Shown: positions 24,460-36,905, numbered from the whole stretch's first letter. The stretch: 63,697 bases of DNA, filler included, from Lama guanicoe (GCA_013239625.1; 163 parts of 163 records of this genome joined end to end with filler, not necessarily neighbours in it), one strand, 5' to 3'. Numbers and translations are program-made. The notes: generated by a model not told the origin, from the sequence alone.

Positions 24460-24527
24460 GCCTGAGGGCACTGTCAGACAAAGACAAGTATCATATGCTA
24501 TCACTTGCATGTGAAATCTAAAAAAAA
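24460..24527 (+). mobile_element. L1 3' end fragment in sense orientation
   Basis: gtcagacaaagacaagtatcatatgctatcacttgcatgtgaaatctaaaaaaaa; the same motif occurs in 37932-38170 and 46553-46843. Confidence 0.8.
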
Positions 24528-26429
24528 NNNNNNNNNNNNNNNNNNNNNNNNNNNNNNNNNNNNNNNNNNNNTTAATTAATTAANNNNNNNNNNNNNNNNN
24601 NNNNNNNNNNNNNNNNNNNNNNNNNNNTTGTTCTCGGCATCCTAAAAGTTGGCTATGTAACTGGGGAAACAGAACAGCTCCCTTGAGGTTTCCAAAGAAT
24701 GGTCTTCAGACCCATGATGGGCTGTGATGAAGTTTTTACTAGTTCTCAGCAAAATGGGAAAAGGACAATATAATCAAGGTTTAAATTTTTTCTCACAGAA
24801 TGAAATCTATTCCTTTGTATTATCCTACAAGTATGACTTACCTTCAATTTGATGCTAAAAATTGTCTTCTGAAGAGATACTGATAAAGGATAGTTGTTTT
24901 GATTAATACTTAGGCATTNNNNNNNNNNNNNNNNNNNNNNNNNNNNNNNNNNNNNNNNNNNNTTAATTAATTAANNNNNNNNNNNNNNNNNNNNNNNNNN
25001 NNNNNNNNNNNNNNNNNNACAGATACTGCCAATAATACTCGTTTTAACTTGTCAAGCACAGAAGTAGGGATGGATAGAAGTCAGACTTCTGTGGCTGGAC
25101 AGGAGAGCACTGAAGGACGCCGCATCTGTCACACTCCCACTCTTCTAGAGAGGCCTTCTGTTCGAGAGCTGTGAACTGACACGTAGTACACGTAGCCATT
25201 CAACAGTTCTCACCCAAGGGCTGTATCAGAATCTCAAGGAAATCTTTCGACTACCCGTGCCCAGGCCTTACTACATTTATTCACTCAAAATCTTCAGGGG
25301 ACAGCCTAGNNNNNNNNNNNNNNNNNNNNNNNNNNNNNNNNNNNNNNNNNNNNTTAATTAATTAANNNNNNNNNNNNNNNNNNNNNNNNNNNNNNNNNNN
25401 NNNNNNNNNCATGGAGGTGACCGTGTGGATAGGACGCACACACAGACACAGGTCTGTGCAGGATGAGTTTGGGTTGGGGAAAGCTAGCACCAGGTGCCTG
25501 GTGTCAGGTGTGATGACATTCAGGTGGGCGGTGCTATCAGGTAGAAGAAATAACCACTCCCCGCGCTCCACTTTCACATTTCCATGAAAAGTTCTGGGTC
25601 ACAACAGCTTTTCCAGTTACTGGAGAAAAGTTTATAACGCTTTCTAGAATCCAATACCTTTTCTAGAATAATTGGTTATCGCAACCAGCAGGCGAGTATT
25701 NNNNNNNNNNNNNNNNNNNNNNNNNNNNNNNNNNNNNNNNNNNNTTAATTAATTAANNNNNNNNNNNNNNNNNNNNNNNNNNNNNNNNNNNNNNNNNNNN
25801 GCAGGTCTTAATAAACTGCCCCTTGCTGATGGCTTGTTTATAAGAATCGAACAGGTGTGTCTGCTGCAGGACAAAGCACCAAGGGGAGGGGTCCGAGGAG
25901 GGAGCAGTCTTGGCTCGCTGCCGCCCTTCCCTGGTGGGATTCTCAGGCACACACGTGTTGGTGGAAGGGAAGCGAACAAAGAAAAGAAGGGATTATTTTT
26001 ATTAATATATTCCTTTCTCCTTTGTTTTCTTAGAATTCAGCAGGTAAATGGGGAGTGTAAGAATCTGGATGTTTTTCTGTATTTTGCCAAGNNNNNNNNN
26101 NNNNNNNNNNNNNNNNNNNNNNNNNNNNNNNNNNNTTAATTAATTAANNNNNNNNNNNNNNNNNNNNNNNNNNNNNNNNNNNNNNNNNNNNAAGGAAGTT
26201 AGCAGGATGATTTACGATGGTCAGGTGGGAGGGTAAAATCTGTTACTATAGAAGTGCTCCCGGCCATACCCATCTTCTTCAGTAGCATGGCCGGCTTCCT
26301 CACTGGCATCACACGAAGCCCAATTCATATGGCAACATCAACCCCATTCCATGTGTCCTAAGAGTCAGCACAGTAGGTGGGTCTATATCTGTGGAGTCGG
26401 AGGGTAACAGAGACGATGGCCACAGGGCA

Positions 26430-26482
26430 TTAGCAGCAAGAGGAGGCACAGCACATGGGGCGGGGGCAGGTGGAGATGACAC
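26430..26482 (-). CDS. Keratin-associated protein, KRTAP4 (ultra-high-sulfur) family, C-terminal codons and stop; the 3' UTR follows toward 26192
   Basis: The minus frame reads (C)VISTCPRPMCCASSCC-TAA, matching the conserved KRTAP4 ending CVISTCPRPLCCASSCC*. Not in the ORF track. Confidence 0.88.
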
Positions 26483-27364
26483 NNNNNNNNNNNNNNNNNN
26501 NNNNNNNNNNNNNNNNNNNNNNNNNNTTAATTAATTAANNNNNNNNNNNNNNNNNNNNNNNNNNNNNNNNNNNNNNNNNNNNGCTGGGGAGGGAATGTCT
26601 GCAGGCCACTCTGACCTGGAGATGGGCTGGTGGTTAATCACCCCCTTCGCCAGGAGGAAAGAACAAGAGGCAGGCAGTCTGCATGGCTTCTTGGATGGCC
26701 CAGTGAGAATAAGCCCCAAATGGGGCAGTGCCCAGCTTGCACTGGCTTTCCCTGCTTCCCTGGGTCAAGCTTCCTGTTCCTTTAGAACATCCTCCAAAGT
26801 GCACATCCGCCTGGGTCTTGGGCTCTGGTTTGGGTTGGGCAGGGGGCCTCTGGCTTTAGCAGCTGTGAACTGCNNNNNNNNNNNNNNNNNNNNNNNNNNN
26901 NNNNNNNNNNNNNNNNNTTAATTAATTAANNNNNNNNNNNNNNNNNNNNNNNNNNNNNNNNNNNNNNNNNNNNAAGGCATCCCATAAGTGGTCATTAATT
27001 TCCTCATCCATAGTTTCAGTCACTCAACAAGCACATCTGTCAACCACTGCATCAGTTCCTGGGGTGAAACAATGAACACAGCACACATGAGTTACTTTCA
27101 TGAGGCACTGGTAGAAAAGATGTTAAACCATAAAAGGATATGTAGATATATGATTACACATTTTAATAGGTGCTATAAAGTAGGATAGCTCCACGGCAGA
27201 ATAACGGGGCAGGCAAAACTGGAGGGCATTCATCACTGAAGGAGAACAAGAGTACAGGTGAAGGNNNNNNNNNNNNNNNNNNNNNNNNNNNNNNNNNNNN
27301 NNNNNNNNTTAATTAATTAANNNNNNNNNNNNNNNNNNNNNNNNNNNNNNNNNNNNNNNNNNNN

Positions 27365-27540
27365 AGGAGAAGTAAAGGAAAACAAGAAACAAGAGAATTT
27401 ACTGCCAGTAGACCTACATAAAGAAAGGAAGAGCACTGAAGAAGAAATAAGTGAAGATTAAATAAAAACTTTAATTTTTCTCATTCATAATTGATCTAAT
27501 AGACAACAGTTTATTCAATCTATTAATATCAATGATGTAT
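27365..27540 (+). mobile_element. Ancient L1M ORF1-end / inter-ORF fragment
   Basis: gagaatttactgccagtagacctaca...aaaactttaatttttctcattcataattgatctaa. Confidence 0.55.
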
Positions 27541-27755
27541 CTGAATGTGTATGCCTATATAATACATATATAACATATATACATAAAATATATGTGTATA
27601 GGTGTGAACACATACATACATATGTCTATGTATGGATATTTTAAGTAAAACAAATNNNNNNNNNNNNNNNNNNNNNNNNNNNNNNNNNNNNNNNNNNNNT
27701 TAATTAATTAANNNNNNNNNNNNNNNNNNNNNNNNNNNNNNNNNNNNNNNNNNNN

Positions 27756-27985
27756 GCAGAGAAGGAGTGGTAGATGGGCAAGGTACAGGGGGAGGAGTAA
27801 GAGCTACAAATTATTAGCTATAAAATAAGCTACAAGGACATATTGCACAACACGAGGAATACAGTCAATATTCTATAATAACTTTAAATACACTATAAAT
27901 TTTAAAAATATGCTTGACTATATTTTACACCGATAACTTAGCAAATACTTGCATCCCCTATGCTTATATTCAAAGAAAAAGAAAT
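27756..27985 (+). mobile_element. L1 3' UTR (Laurasiatherian type)
   Basis: gagctacaaattattagctataaaataagctacaaggacatattgcacaacacgaggaatacagtcaatatt. Confidence 0.75.
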
Positions 27986-28537
27986 TACCACTAGAGGATT
28001 AATACTTGAGTAACTACCATTTTTGGCACACTTTCATTTATTAAGGNNNNNNNNNNNNNNNNNNNNNNNNNNNNNNNNNNNNNNNNNNNNTTAATTAATT
28101 AANNNNNNNNNNNNNNNNNNNNNNNNNNNNNNNNNNNNNNNNNNNNAGAAATGCTTGGCATTAGCAGAAAAAGAAATGGAATAATCTGACATTAATAGTA
28201 CCTTGCTTATTTTATGCATACACATAAAATGTTTGTACCAACAATTATGTGGTACAACTAAATCGCTTACAAATCAAATCAGAAATACTTGGTATGTGTG
28301 ATAAGGGTAAAGATAAAAAATTTGTAAAAATCAACCTATAAAAATAACTTTATCTCTGTCTGTATATGCATTCCATAACAACTGCTTAATCTAGAATACA
28401 TACCCTGTAGACAAGATTATTAAAGAGGTTGAAAATTNNNNNNNNNNNNNNNNNNNNNNNNNNNNNNNNNNNNNNNNNNNNTTAATTAATTAANNNNNNN
28501 NNNNNNNNNNNNNNNNNNNNNNNNNNNNNNNNNNNNN

Positions 28538-28615
28538 ATATGTTCATGTATGACTGAAGCACTGTGCTGGACACCAGAAATTGACATTGTAAACTGACTA
28601 TAATTCAATAAAAAT
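28538..28615 (+). mobile_element. Lineage-specific L1 extreme 3' end (camelid-type)
   Basis: atgttcatgtatgactgaagcactgtgctggacaccagaaattgacattgtaaactgactataattcaataaaaa. Related ends occur at ~24075-24136, 54190-54291 and, in reverse complement, 37352-37439 and 58553-58601. Confidence 0.75.
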
Positions 28616-28629
28616 ATATCTACACAAAA

Positions 28630-28828
28630 AATAAAAGAAATGAATAAATTCCTAGAAATATACATGCTACCCAGATTGAATTTTGATGAAATAGAAAATG
28701 TGAACAACTTGAATACTCATGAGGAGATTGCATCAATAATGAAAAAGTCCCCAACAAACAAAGGTCTAGGTCAGGACTGCTTCATTGGTGAATTCTAACA
28801 AACATTCAAATAAGAATTAATTCAAATC
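28630..28828 (+). mobile_element. Older L1 ORF2 fragment
   Basis: gaaatgaataaattcctagaaatatac...gaaatagaaaatgtgaac...ttcattggtgaattctaacaaacattcaaa (EMDKFLE...GFTGEFYQTFK region). Confidence 0.85.
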
Positions 28829-29319
28829 NNNNNNNNNNNNNNNNNNNNNNNNNNNNNNNNNNNNNNNNNNNNTTAATTAATTAANNNNNNNNNNNNNNNN
28901 NNNNNNNNNNNNNNNNNNNNNNNNNNNNAACTTAGACCAGATGAGATAGTTAAGTTAAAATATTTTTGAATCTTTGAATATATATTGCAGTAAATGATAT
29001 TAACTGATCTTTAAATTACTGAATGTTAAATATGTTTTCAAATAATATTGAGGCCGTAGTTAATTCATCCCATTAGAATCAGAAGTCTGGTTTAAAGCTT
29101 CTCAGAATGTGCCTATGACATCTTTCAGCCTACACGATCTTACCTGCCAAAAATAGGGGCTCAAATAAAACTAAATTTTCCATGATAAAGAACAAAACTT
29201 CAGTATTCCCCTGGAGAACNNNNNNNNNNNNNNNNNNNNNNNNNNNNNNNNNNNNNNNNNNNNTTAATTAATTAANNNNNNNNNNNNNNNNNNNNNNNNN
29301 NNNNNNNNNNNNNNNNNNN

Positions 29320-29400
29320 CAGACCGCGTGACTTAAAACAGACACTGGCTCCTCACAGTTCTGGAAGCGAGAAACCCAAGATCAGGGTGCTGGCCGATTC
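29320..29400. mobile_element. MLT1 LTR fragment
   Basis: ctcacagttctggaagcgagaaacccaagatcagggtgctggc. Confidence 0.65.
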
Positions 29401-31274
29401 GAGACACTGAGCAACAGGCAGGACAGTCACTGAGACAGGATGGAGGATGAACTCACCTGGTACCCTCCTTTCCATGTGGCTAGTCCTTACCCATCAGGGG
29501 ATGTTTGACCTGATGGTGCTTATTTGCAATTGGAAATGAGAGAAAGGATAGCCCTGTGAAGTCTTCCCAGTCTTCACTCTTCTGCTGACTCGATGCTGAA
29601 GCCCCACACTNNNNNNNNNNNNNNNNNNNNNNNNNNNNNNNNNNNNNNNNNNNNTTAATTAATTAANNNNNNNNNNNNNNNNNNNNNNNNNNNNNNNNNN
29701 NNNNNNNNNNGAGTTCAGGATTGTTTTCAAATGTAAATAAAATATAATTTATACCTTACCCTAAACTTAAGTATTTCATCTATCATAATATATTTGGACT
29801 CTGAGAAAAATTAATTTTATGAATTTTCACTATCAAGATCAAAATTAAACATCAGTTAAATTTTATGCAATAAGACTGTGATTATCTTATGTAGATTAAT
29901 CAATCAATCTCCTAATAGTATTTATGTGTGAGAGCTCTGAAATCAGAGTTCAGCTATTGAAATGAGTGTCCTTTTTGTCATTATCTAGGGAAATTGATGG
30001 GNNNNNNNNNNNNNNNNNNNNNNNNNNNNNNNNNNNNNNNNNNNNTTAATTAATTAANNNNNNNNNNNNNNNNNNNNNNNNNNNNNNNNNNNNNNNNNNN
30101 NGTGCCCCTCTCAGGTTTGGAGAGCTGGAAGGAGGCATTGCCACCTCCCATCAGGATGCAGGATTTGGGGTTGGGGTGAGTCACGGCCTCTTGCTGGCAA
30201 ATGTTTGTGGGGGGAGTATCCCCGAGCCCCCCACTCCTCCAGCCTGGAGTGAAGTGACTCCCCAACACCTTTGGCCATGGCACCTTTTGAACTTGGCTGC
30301 CGCTGCTTGGGCAAAATCAAAGGTGCTGGGAGGAACATGGGTGTGAAAGTCTTGTCAGCCAAGAAATAAAAGAAAGAAAGAAAAGAAAAAAANNNNNNNN
30401 NNNNNNNNNNNNNNNNNNNNNNNNNNNNNNNNNNNNTTAATTAATTAANNNNNNNNNNNNNNNNNNNNNNNNNNNNNNNNNNNNNNNNNNNNGGCTCTGG
30501 GGCCTCCGTGCTGGGCTCGGTGGGGCTGGGCGTCTCCTCCATCTCTGTGGGGCTGGGGGTCTCTTCCTCTGCAGCTGAGAAGGAGACACAGAGGGTGAGG
30601 CAGGGGCCCTGCCAGATGTCCTTGGGTCTCCTCCCAAGCCTTGTCCCTGACTGGGGACCCTGAGGTCAGTTCAGAGAAGCCCGTCCTTGGGGCAGGTGGT
30701 CCTGCTCAGCTGACATCTCACAGACATGCCCAGAGCCTCTGGGGTCAGCTGTGGGGACCAGGGAGGCCACCAGCACAGCTCACNNNNNNNNNNNNNNNNN
30801 NNNNNNNNNNNNNNNNNNNNNNNNNNNTTAATTAATTAANNNNNNNNNNNNNNNNNNNNNNNNNNNNNNNNNNNNNNNNNNNNGGCTGAAAGCAAGAAAC
30901 ATTTTCTTCCTCTCTGTAACCTATTTACAAAGACTCTAAGGTAAACAGAGAGCTCAGCCTCAGAAAAACCATCCAAAAGTTGAGCCCACCCTCTGCTGTC
31001 AAATTCACGCTGGGTATTGTTCATGTAGCTGATACCAGCATAACCTTGAGAGTAATAAACAAATACAGCCCAGCCCAGCTCATATACTACTGGGGAAACA
31101 AATCAATGATACCTGAATTTCACATATTGCAAAAAAAATTTAGCCCAATTTCAAATGCACAAAGAAAGAAAGCTNNNNNNNNNNNNNNNNNNNNNNNNNN
31201 NNNNNNNNNNNNNNNNNNTTAATTAATTAANNNNNNNNNNNNNNNNNNNNNNNNNNNNNNNNNNNNNNNNNNNN

Positions 31275-31565
31275 TCTGTTGATGGACATTTAGGTTGTTT
31301 TCATGTCTTGGCTATTGTATATAATGCTGTTATGAACATTGGAGTGCATGTATCTTTTCAAATTAGATTTCCCTCTGTATATATGCCCAGGAGTGGGATT
31401 GCTGAATCATGGACAGTCTTTCTTTAGCTTTTTGAGGACTCTCCATATTGTTTTCCATAATGGCTGCATCAAACTGCATTCCCACCAAAAGTATACAAGA
31501 GTTCCCTTTTTCCGTGCCCTCTCCAGCAATTATCACTTGTGGAATTTTTAATGATGGCTATTCTG
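31275..31565 (-). mobile_element. L1 ORF2 3' fragment
   Basis: gatggacatttaggttgttttcatgtcttggctattgt...gcccaggagtgggattgctg...cattcccacca. Confidence 0.92.
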
Positions 31566-32056
31566 NNNNNNNNNNNNNNNNNNNNNNNNNNNNNNNNNNN
31601 NNNNNNNNNTTAATTAATTAANNNNNNNNNNNNNNNNNNNNNNNNNNNNNNNNNNNNNNNNNNNNAGTTTGATCCGTGTGACAAAAAACAAGTGCGCACT
31701 AACAGCATAATCAAAGGACAAAACCAGACAAGTAACACAAAACTAGGACAGCCAGTACAAAGCGGGTGAGAAAAGTAGTGATCTGTAAACACAAAATCTC
31801 TCAACTTGGGGAGGCAGGAGCCCTCCCAGGAAACAGGCAGGATGGGGAACATAAGTAGCATTAACTTGAAATTGGCAGACTCTTGTCTGACTTCTGGGCA
31901 CATTACAGTCCACCCACACTCCTCTTGACTTGTCTGGGTTTCAGCTGACTCCACTGNNNNNNNNNNNNNNNNNNNNNNNNNNNNNNNNNNNNNNNNNNNN
32001 TTAATTAATTAANNNNNNNNNNNNNNNNNNNNNNNNNNNNNNNNNNNNNNNNNNNN

Positions 32057-32347
32057 GGTCACAGGAGTAGAGGAGGATGTCACAGGTTCAGGGACCCCTC
32101 CAGGGTAGCCAGTGATTTGAGCCAAATATTAGGTATCCAAACCCTGGGGTCTGATATGGGGAAGACAAGACCTCTTACCTGGTTTGAAAACCAGTGAGAA
32201 TTCCTGGAGGGCTGTAAGAAACTGACCCTACCCTCGAAGATTGCAAGCAGTGACTTCTTTATGCCCTGTCACAGTGCTGAAGGAACGGACTTAAAACTTC
32301 CTGGGGCTCTACTCAGATTGTCAGGAAAACCAAAGCACATCCCCCAG
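32057..32347 (+). mobile_element. L1 5' UTR-like fragment
   Basis: ggggtctgatatggggaagacaagacc...ggtttgaaaaccagtg...ggagggctgtaagaaactgac resembles Laurasiatherian L1 5' regions (recall). Confidence 0.5.
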
Positions 32348-33229
32348 NNNNNNNNNNNNNNNNNNNNNNNNNNNNNNNNNNNNNNNNNNNNTTAATTAAT
32401 TAANNNNNNNNNNNNNNNNNNNNNNNNNNNNNNNNNNNNNNNNNNNNCAAAGGAACTGAACATAAACGGATAGCAGTGTAGACTGTGACTCGGTTTCCAA
32501 GTGAGTAGTTTCCAAGGCTAGTCAAGATAGTCAGGTGAGGCACCTTTTACACAGGAAAAGGAAGAGGAAATGGTGGGGGAATTGTGGGGAAAACCTGGGT
32601 CTGGGAACAAGGCACCAGGCCTGAGCTTGAGTCTCAGTTCACCTGAGTGTCCGTTTCTTCGCCTAAAGAAGGGGATAGTTAAATCTTTCTTGTATGTGTA
32701 AATACACTATTCTATCATAATGACTAGCATGGAATAGGNNNNNNNNNNNNNNNNNNNNNNNNNNNNNNNNNNNNNNNNNNNNTTAATTAATTAANNNNNN
32801 NNNNNNNNNNNNNNNNNNNNNNNNNNNNNNNNNNNNNNGCAAATAAATCACGTCTTGGTCCCTAAACACATATGTCTGTAAGCCTGCGTGAGCTTTGTAT
32901 TAAAAAGTGTGAAAAACGCCTGATGCTAACAAAGACTCTAGTTAAAGCAATGCACTTTGGTTCACAGCCGGGAGAAGCGGGGTTTTGTTTCTGCTTTACA
33001 GGACGGACGGGGTCCAAATTAACCTTTATTGCTGGTATTTCACACCAGGGCAGCTCCAGCCTTGGGGGCTGTTGGGGGTGTGACTGCCACCGGGAAATGG
33101 GAGACTGGAACTCTGGAAGTCCAGCCCGANNNNNNNNNNNNNNNNNNNNNNNNNNNNNNNNNNNNNNNNNNNNTTAATTAATTAANNNNNNNNNNNNNNN
33201 NNNNNNNNNNNNNNNNNNNNNNNNNNNNN

Positions 33230-33312
33230 GATGGAGTTAGGATTACTAATCATCAGACTTTAAAAGATGGAGGTGATCCTGGATTATTTGGGTGCGCCTA
33301 ATGTAATAACAT
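33230..33312. mobile_element. MLT1D-like LTR fragment
   Basis: aaaagatggaggtgatcctggattatttgggtgcgcctaatgtaataac. Confidence 0.55.
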
Positions 33313-33621
33313 TATGTTAACTACGACTCCCACTTTTTCCTACCACTCCTGCTTCAACCTTATAACTGCCCTTGGAACAAAACCACAAGTGGAACTGGGA
33401 TGGGGTGGAGTTAGGATTACTCTCTGGGCTGAAATCAACGTAATGGAATGAAAAGTGAATGACACCCTGCATTCAGAGAACTGGGCTCTAGTCCAAGTTC
33501 TACAGTGAGCAGCCCTATAGANNNNNNNNNNNNNNNNNNNNNNNNNNNNNNNNNNNNNNNNNNNNTTAATTAATTAANNNNNNNNNNNNNNNNNNNNNNN
33601 NNNNNNNNNNNNNNNNNNNNN

Positions 33622-33820
33622 CATCTCCACATGAGTGCAGAAGGGCTAACATCCTTAAAGGTCAGAGCCCGAGATAGGCTTTCCTGTGTATTTCAGGCTA
33701 AAGGCAACATTGTTCCACAAAACGTGCAGAGCTAGCAAGACTGAGACTGGAAAACAGGGCACAGTGGTTAAAACTAAAGGAACAGATCCAATGTAGAGTC
33801 ATATTTGTTCTCTACTACAG
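33622..33820 (-). mobile_element. ERV1-type LTR fragment (cetartiodactyl-like)
   Basis: ccttaaaggtcagagcc...tcctgtgtatttcaggctaaaggcaacatt...aaaggaacagatccaatgtagagtcatatttgttct, ending in TACA. Confidence 0.6.
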
Positions 33821-35580
33821 TCTTTCCTCCCAGACTAGCGCTATGGGGTGCTTTCCTCGACTCTCTGCTGTGATGCTGGGCGGTGAGCCTCGGCTCCCAG
33901 TCAGCCCAGTGATNNNNNNNNNNNNNNNNNNNNNNNNNNNNNNNNNNNNNNNNNNNNTTAATTAATTAANNNNNNNNNNNNNNNNNNNNNNNNNNNNNNN
34001 NNNNNNNNNNNNNATTCATTGACTTTGTATAAATTCAATTAATTTTTAATTAAATGACATTGTTATCAAGAGCATATTTCTGATTGGTATCTATAAACAC
34101 CACAGTTGTTATTGTTCTTCTCACTTGTCTAATTTTGAACAAGAAAGTCAGGAAAGACTTTCTGGAATGTTTTTTCCACAAACTTGCCCTGGATGTAGAC
34201 AGTTCCAGAGTTTGTTTACTGGCCCATCAGTATTTTTGTGGATCTTGTCCCTTCATCCCATTTTGTCATCGTAACTGAGTGAGTGATAACTTCTCTCAGT
34301 CACTGNNNNNNNNNNNNNNNNNNNNNNNNNNNNNNNNNNNNNNNNNNNNTTAATTAATTAANNNNNNNNNNNNNNNNNNNNNNNNNNNNNNNNNNNNNNN
34401 NNNNNCCTAGTCAGAGGTATGACCAGGTCAGGGATTCATTTTCATTTTCATCTACACCATAGACAAGGAAAATCAGAACTTTCTCTCATTCAGGGTCCTC
34501 ATCCACAGGCTCATTTCCAGAAAAAAATAAAACGTCAAGCTAGAAGAGAGTTCAGGTTTCCACAGTCATGATGTCTTTTATCTACACATGATTCATTCTT
34601 GTCCTGGAGATAATCAAAGGGAACCTGCTTATAAACAGTGCTAGCATGGGAGCAGAACCAGGAGGAAGTGTGGGAACAGGTGTTCTTGTGCCCAGGTNNN
34701 NNNNNNNNNNNNNNNNNNNNNNNNNNNNNNNNNNNNNNNNNTTAATTAATTAANNNNNNNNNNNNNNNNNNNNNNNNNNNNNNNNNNNNNNNNNNNNGTG
34801 ACTAATCTGACACAAGAAAAATTGTGTTCTCTTATAACATCTTATATTTGATGAATTAAAATCCTCAAGCCTTATGACTTCTTAAAATTGTTCTTAATGA
34901 TCATTCTTAAGTCATCTTTCTCCTCCAGTGGACTATACACTCCATCAAGGCAGAAATCCACCAGTTTTGGTCATTACTTCACAACCAGTACCCAGCATGC
35001 TTAATCAACCAAAGTCAACTAGATAATACTGCAACATTATAACATGGGAAAACACAGCCTTTTGGAAAAAATGTTTTAAATACACTATANNNNNNNNNNN
35101 NNNNNNNNNNNNNNNNNNNNNNNNNNNNNNNNNTTAATTAATTAANNNNNNNNNNNNNNNNNNNNNNNNNNNNNNNNNNNNNNNNNNNNGGTCCCCTGGT
35201 GATTCCAACATGCAGCCAAGGCTGACAAGTCCAGAAGTGAACAGAATAAAGTGCATCTGAACAGTGCCCACTTTTCCTGGGTAATCTCATCTATCTCCAT
35301 GTGGGGACACCTCGCCTCCTATTCTGGACGGGCTTGTTCTTCCTGCTCAACCGTGTCCCATTCTTACCCAAGTTCTGCCTGGTGCCGCTTCCAGAACTCC
35401 AAAAGTAAGGTGACTAACAGAGAGAACAGCTGAATGTGGATCTTCAGTGATGACTGATGCTTCAGAAATCTGTACTTAATNNNNNNNNNNNNNNNNNNNN
35501 NNNNNNNNNNNNNNNNNNNNNNNNTTAATTAATTAANNNNNNNNNNNNNNNNNNNNNNNNNNNNNNNNNNNNNNNNNNNN

Positions 35581-35872
35581 TAGCTATATTAATTTGTGAC
35601 AGAGAAGACTCCAAAGCAAAGAAAGTTATCGGGGGGGGGGAGAGAAAGAGGAGTTACATAGTGATAAAGGGGTCAGTTCTCCAAGAAGATATAACAATTC
35701 TTAACATGTAAGTGTCTAACGAAAGAGCATCAAAATACAAGAGGGAAAAACTGACAGAACCACAGGAGAAGTAGATGAATCTGTTACGTTGGAGAGGGCA
35801 GCACCCTCTCTCAGAAACAGACAATCCAGTAGGAAGTCAGTGTGGACACAGCTGAGTTCAACAGCACCATCA
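35581..35872 (+). mobile_element. L1M ORF2 endonuclease fragment
   Basis: ttacatagtgataaaggggtcagttctccaagaagatataacaattcttaac corresponds to YIMIKGSI.QEDITILN. Confidence 0.85.
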
Positions 35873-36142
35873 NNNNNNNNNNNNNNNNNNNNNNNNNNNN
35901 NNNNNNNNNNNNNNNNTTAATTAATTAANNNNNNNNNNNNNNNNNNNNNNNNNNNNNNNNNNNNNNNNNNNNAAGAGATAGAAGAGATTTGAAGTATGTG
36001 TTCCAGAGTCTTGAAAGCCAGACACAGACTCTCTGTGCCTCAGAGTGACCACTGGTTCATGAGAGGAAAACAGGACCTGCCCCACAGGGTGGTCCTGAGG
36101 ACTTAATGAGATTATGCTGTGGAGCATTCAATATGGCGCCAC

Positions 36143-36264
36143 TTCCTTTGTTCTTTCCTTCCTCTTTCCCTCCTTTTTTTCTTCCTTTCCTTTCTTCTCT
36201 TTCTTTCTTCCTTCTTCATCCCTCCTTCCTCCCTGCCTTCCTCCTTCTCTCACTCTCTCTCTCT
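36143..36264. repeat. Polypyrimidine (CTTC/CTTT/CT)n tract
   Basis: Read directly; runs to the contig end. Confidence 0.85.
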
Positions 36265-36364
36265 NNNNNNNNNNNNNNNNNNNNNNNNNNNNNNNNNNNN
36301 NNNNNNNNTTAATTAATTAANNNNNNNNNNNNNNNNNNNNNNNNNNNNNNNNNNNNNNNNNNNN

Positions 36365-36656
36365 GGGATGGGCACCACGAACCGCGCGGTGGCGCCGACC
36401 TACTTCAGGATCCTAACGGGTCGCGCAGCCCGGGCCTCAACCACGCACCGCTACCCGCGAGCCTCTCCCAACGCGCAGCCCAGGCCGCCGCACCCGCCGG
36501 CTCCCCGCCCTCGCGCCCCCACCAGCGCCCCCTTACCTGCTCGGCGACGGCAGCGGAGGCACAGCAAGCGGCGGCCCAGACCCCAGGCCGCGTTCCTCTT
36601 CCGGGAGCTGGTCCGGGAACGCCCGGCTCCCGCCCGGCTTCCACACGCTCTGGGGG
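36365..36656 (-). promoter_or_regulatory. CpG-island promoter / probable non-coding first exon with a splice donor
   Basis: CpG-rich. Minus-strand GCAG|GTAAGG donor at 36537/36536, an ETS-type CCGGAAG at 36598-36604 (minus), and no ATG in the putative exon. Confidence 0.65.
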
Positions 36657-36844
36657 NNNNNNNNNNNNNNNNNNNNNNNNNNNNNNNNNNNNNNNNNNNN
36701 TTAATTAATTAANNNNNNNNNNNNNNNNNNNNNNNNNNNNNNNNNNNNNNNNNNNNTGAGCTCGGAGGCTAAGACAACCCACCAGAGGTTTATAAGCTTG
36801 GAAAGTGGGAGACACGATCAGACTCATGTGCTAGAAAGGTCATT

Positions 36845-36905
36845 CTAGCCCAGCGTCTGGCACTGTCGGGCGCTCGGTACGTATGTGATAACGGAGAATG
36901 AATGT
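36845..36905 (+). mobile_element. L2 3' end fragment
   Basis: ctagcccagcgtctggcac...gcgctcggtacgtatgtg...gaatgaatg resembles the L2 3' terminus. Confidence 0.55.
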
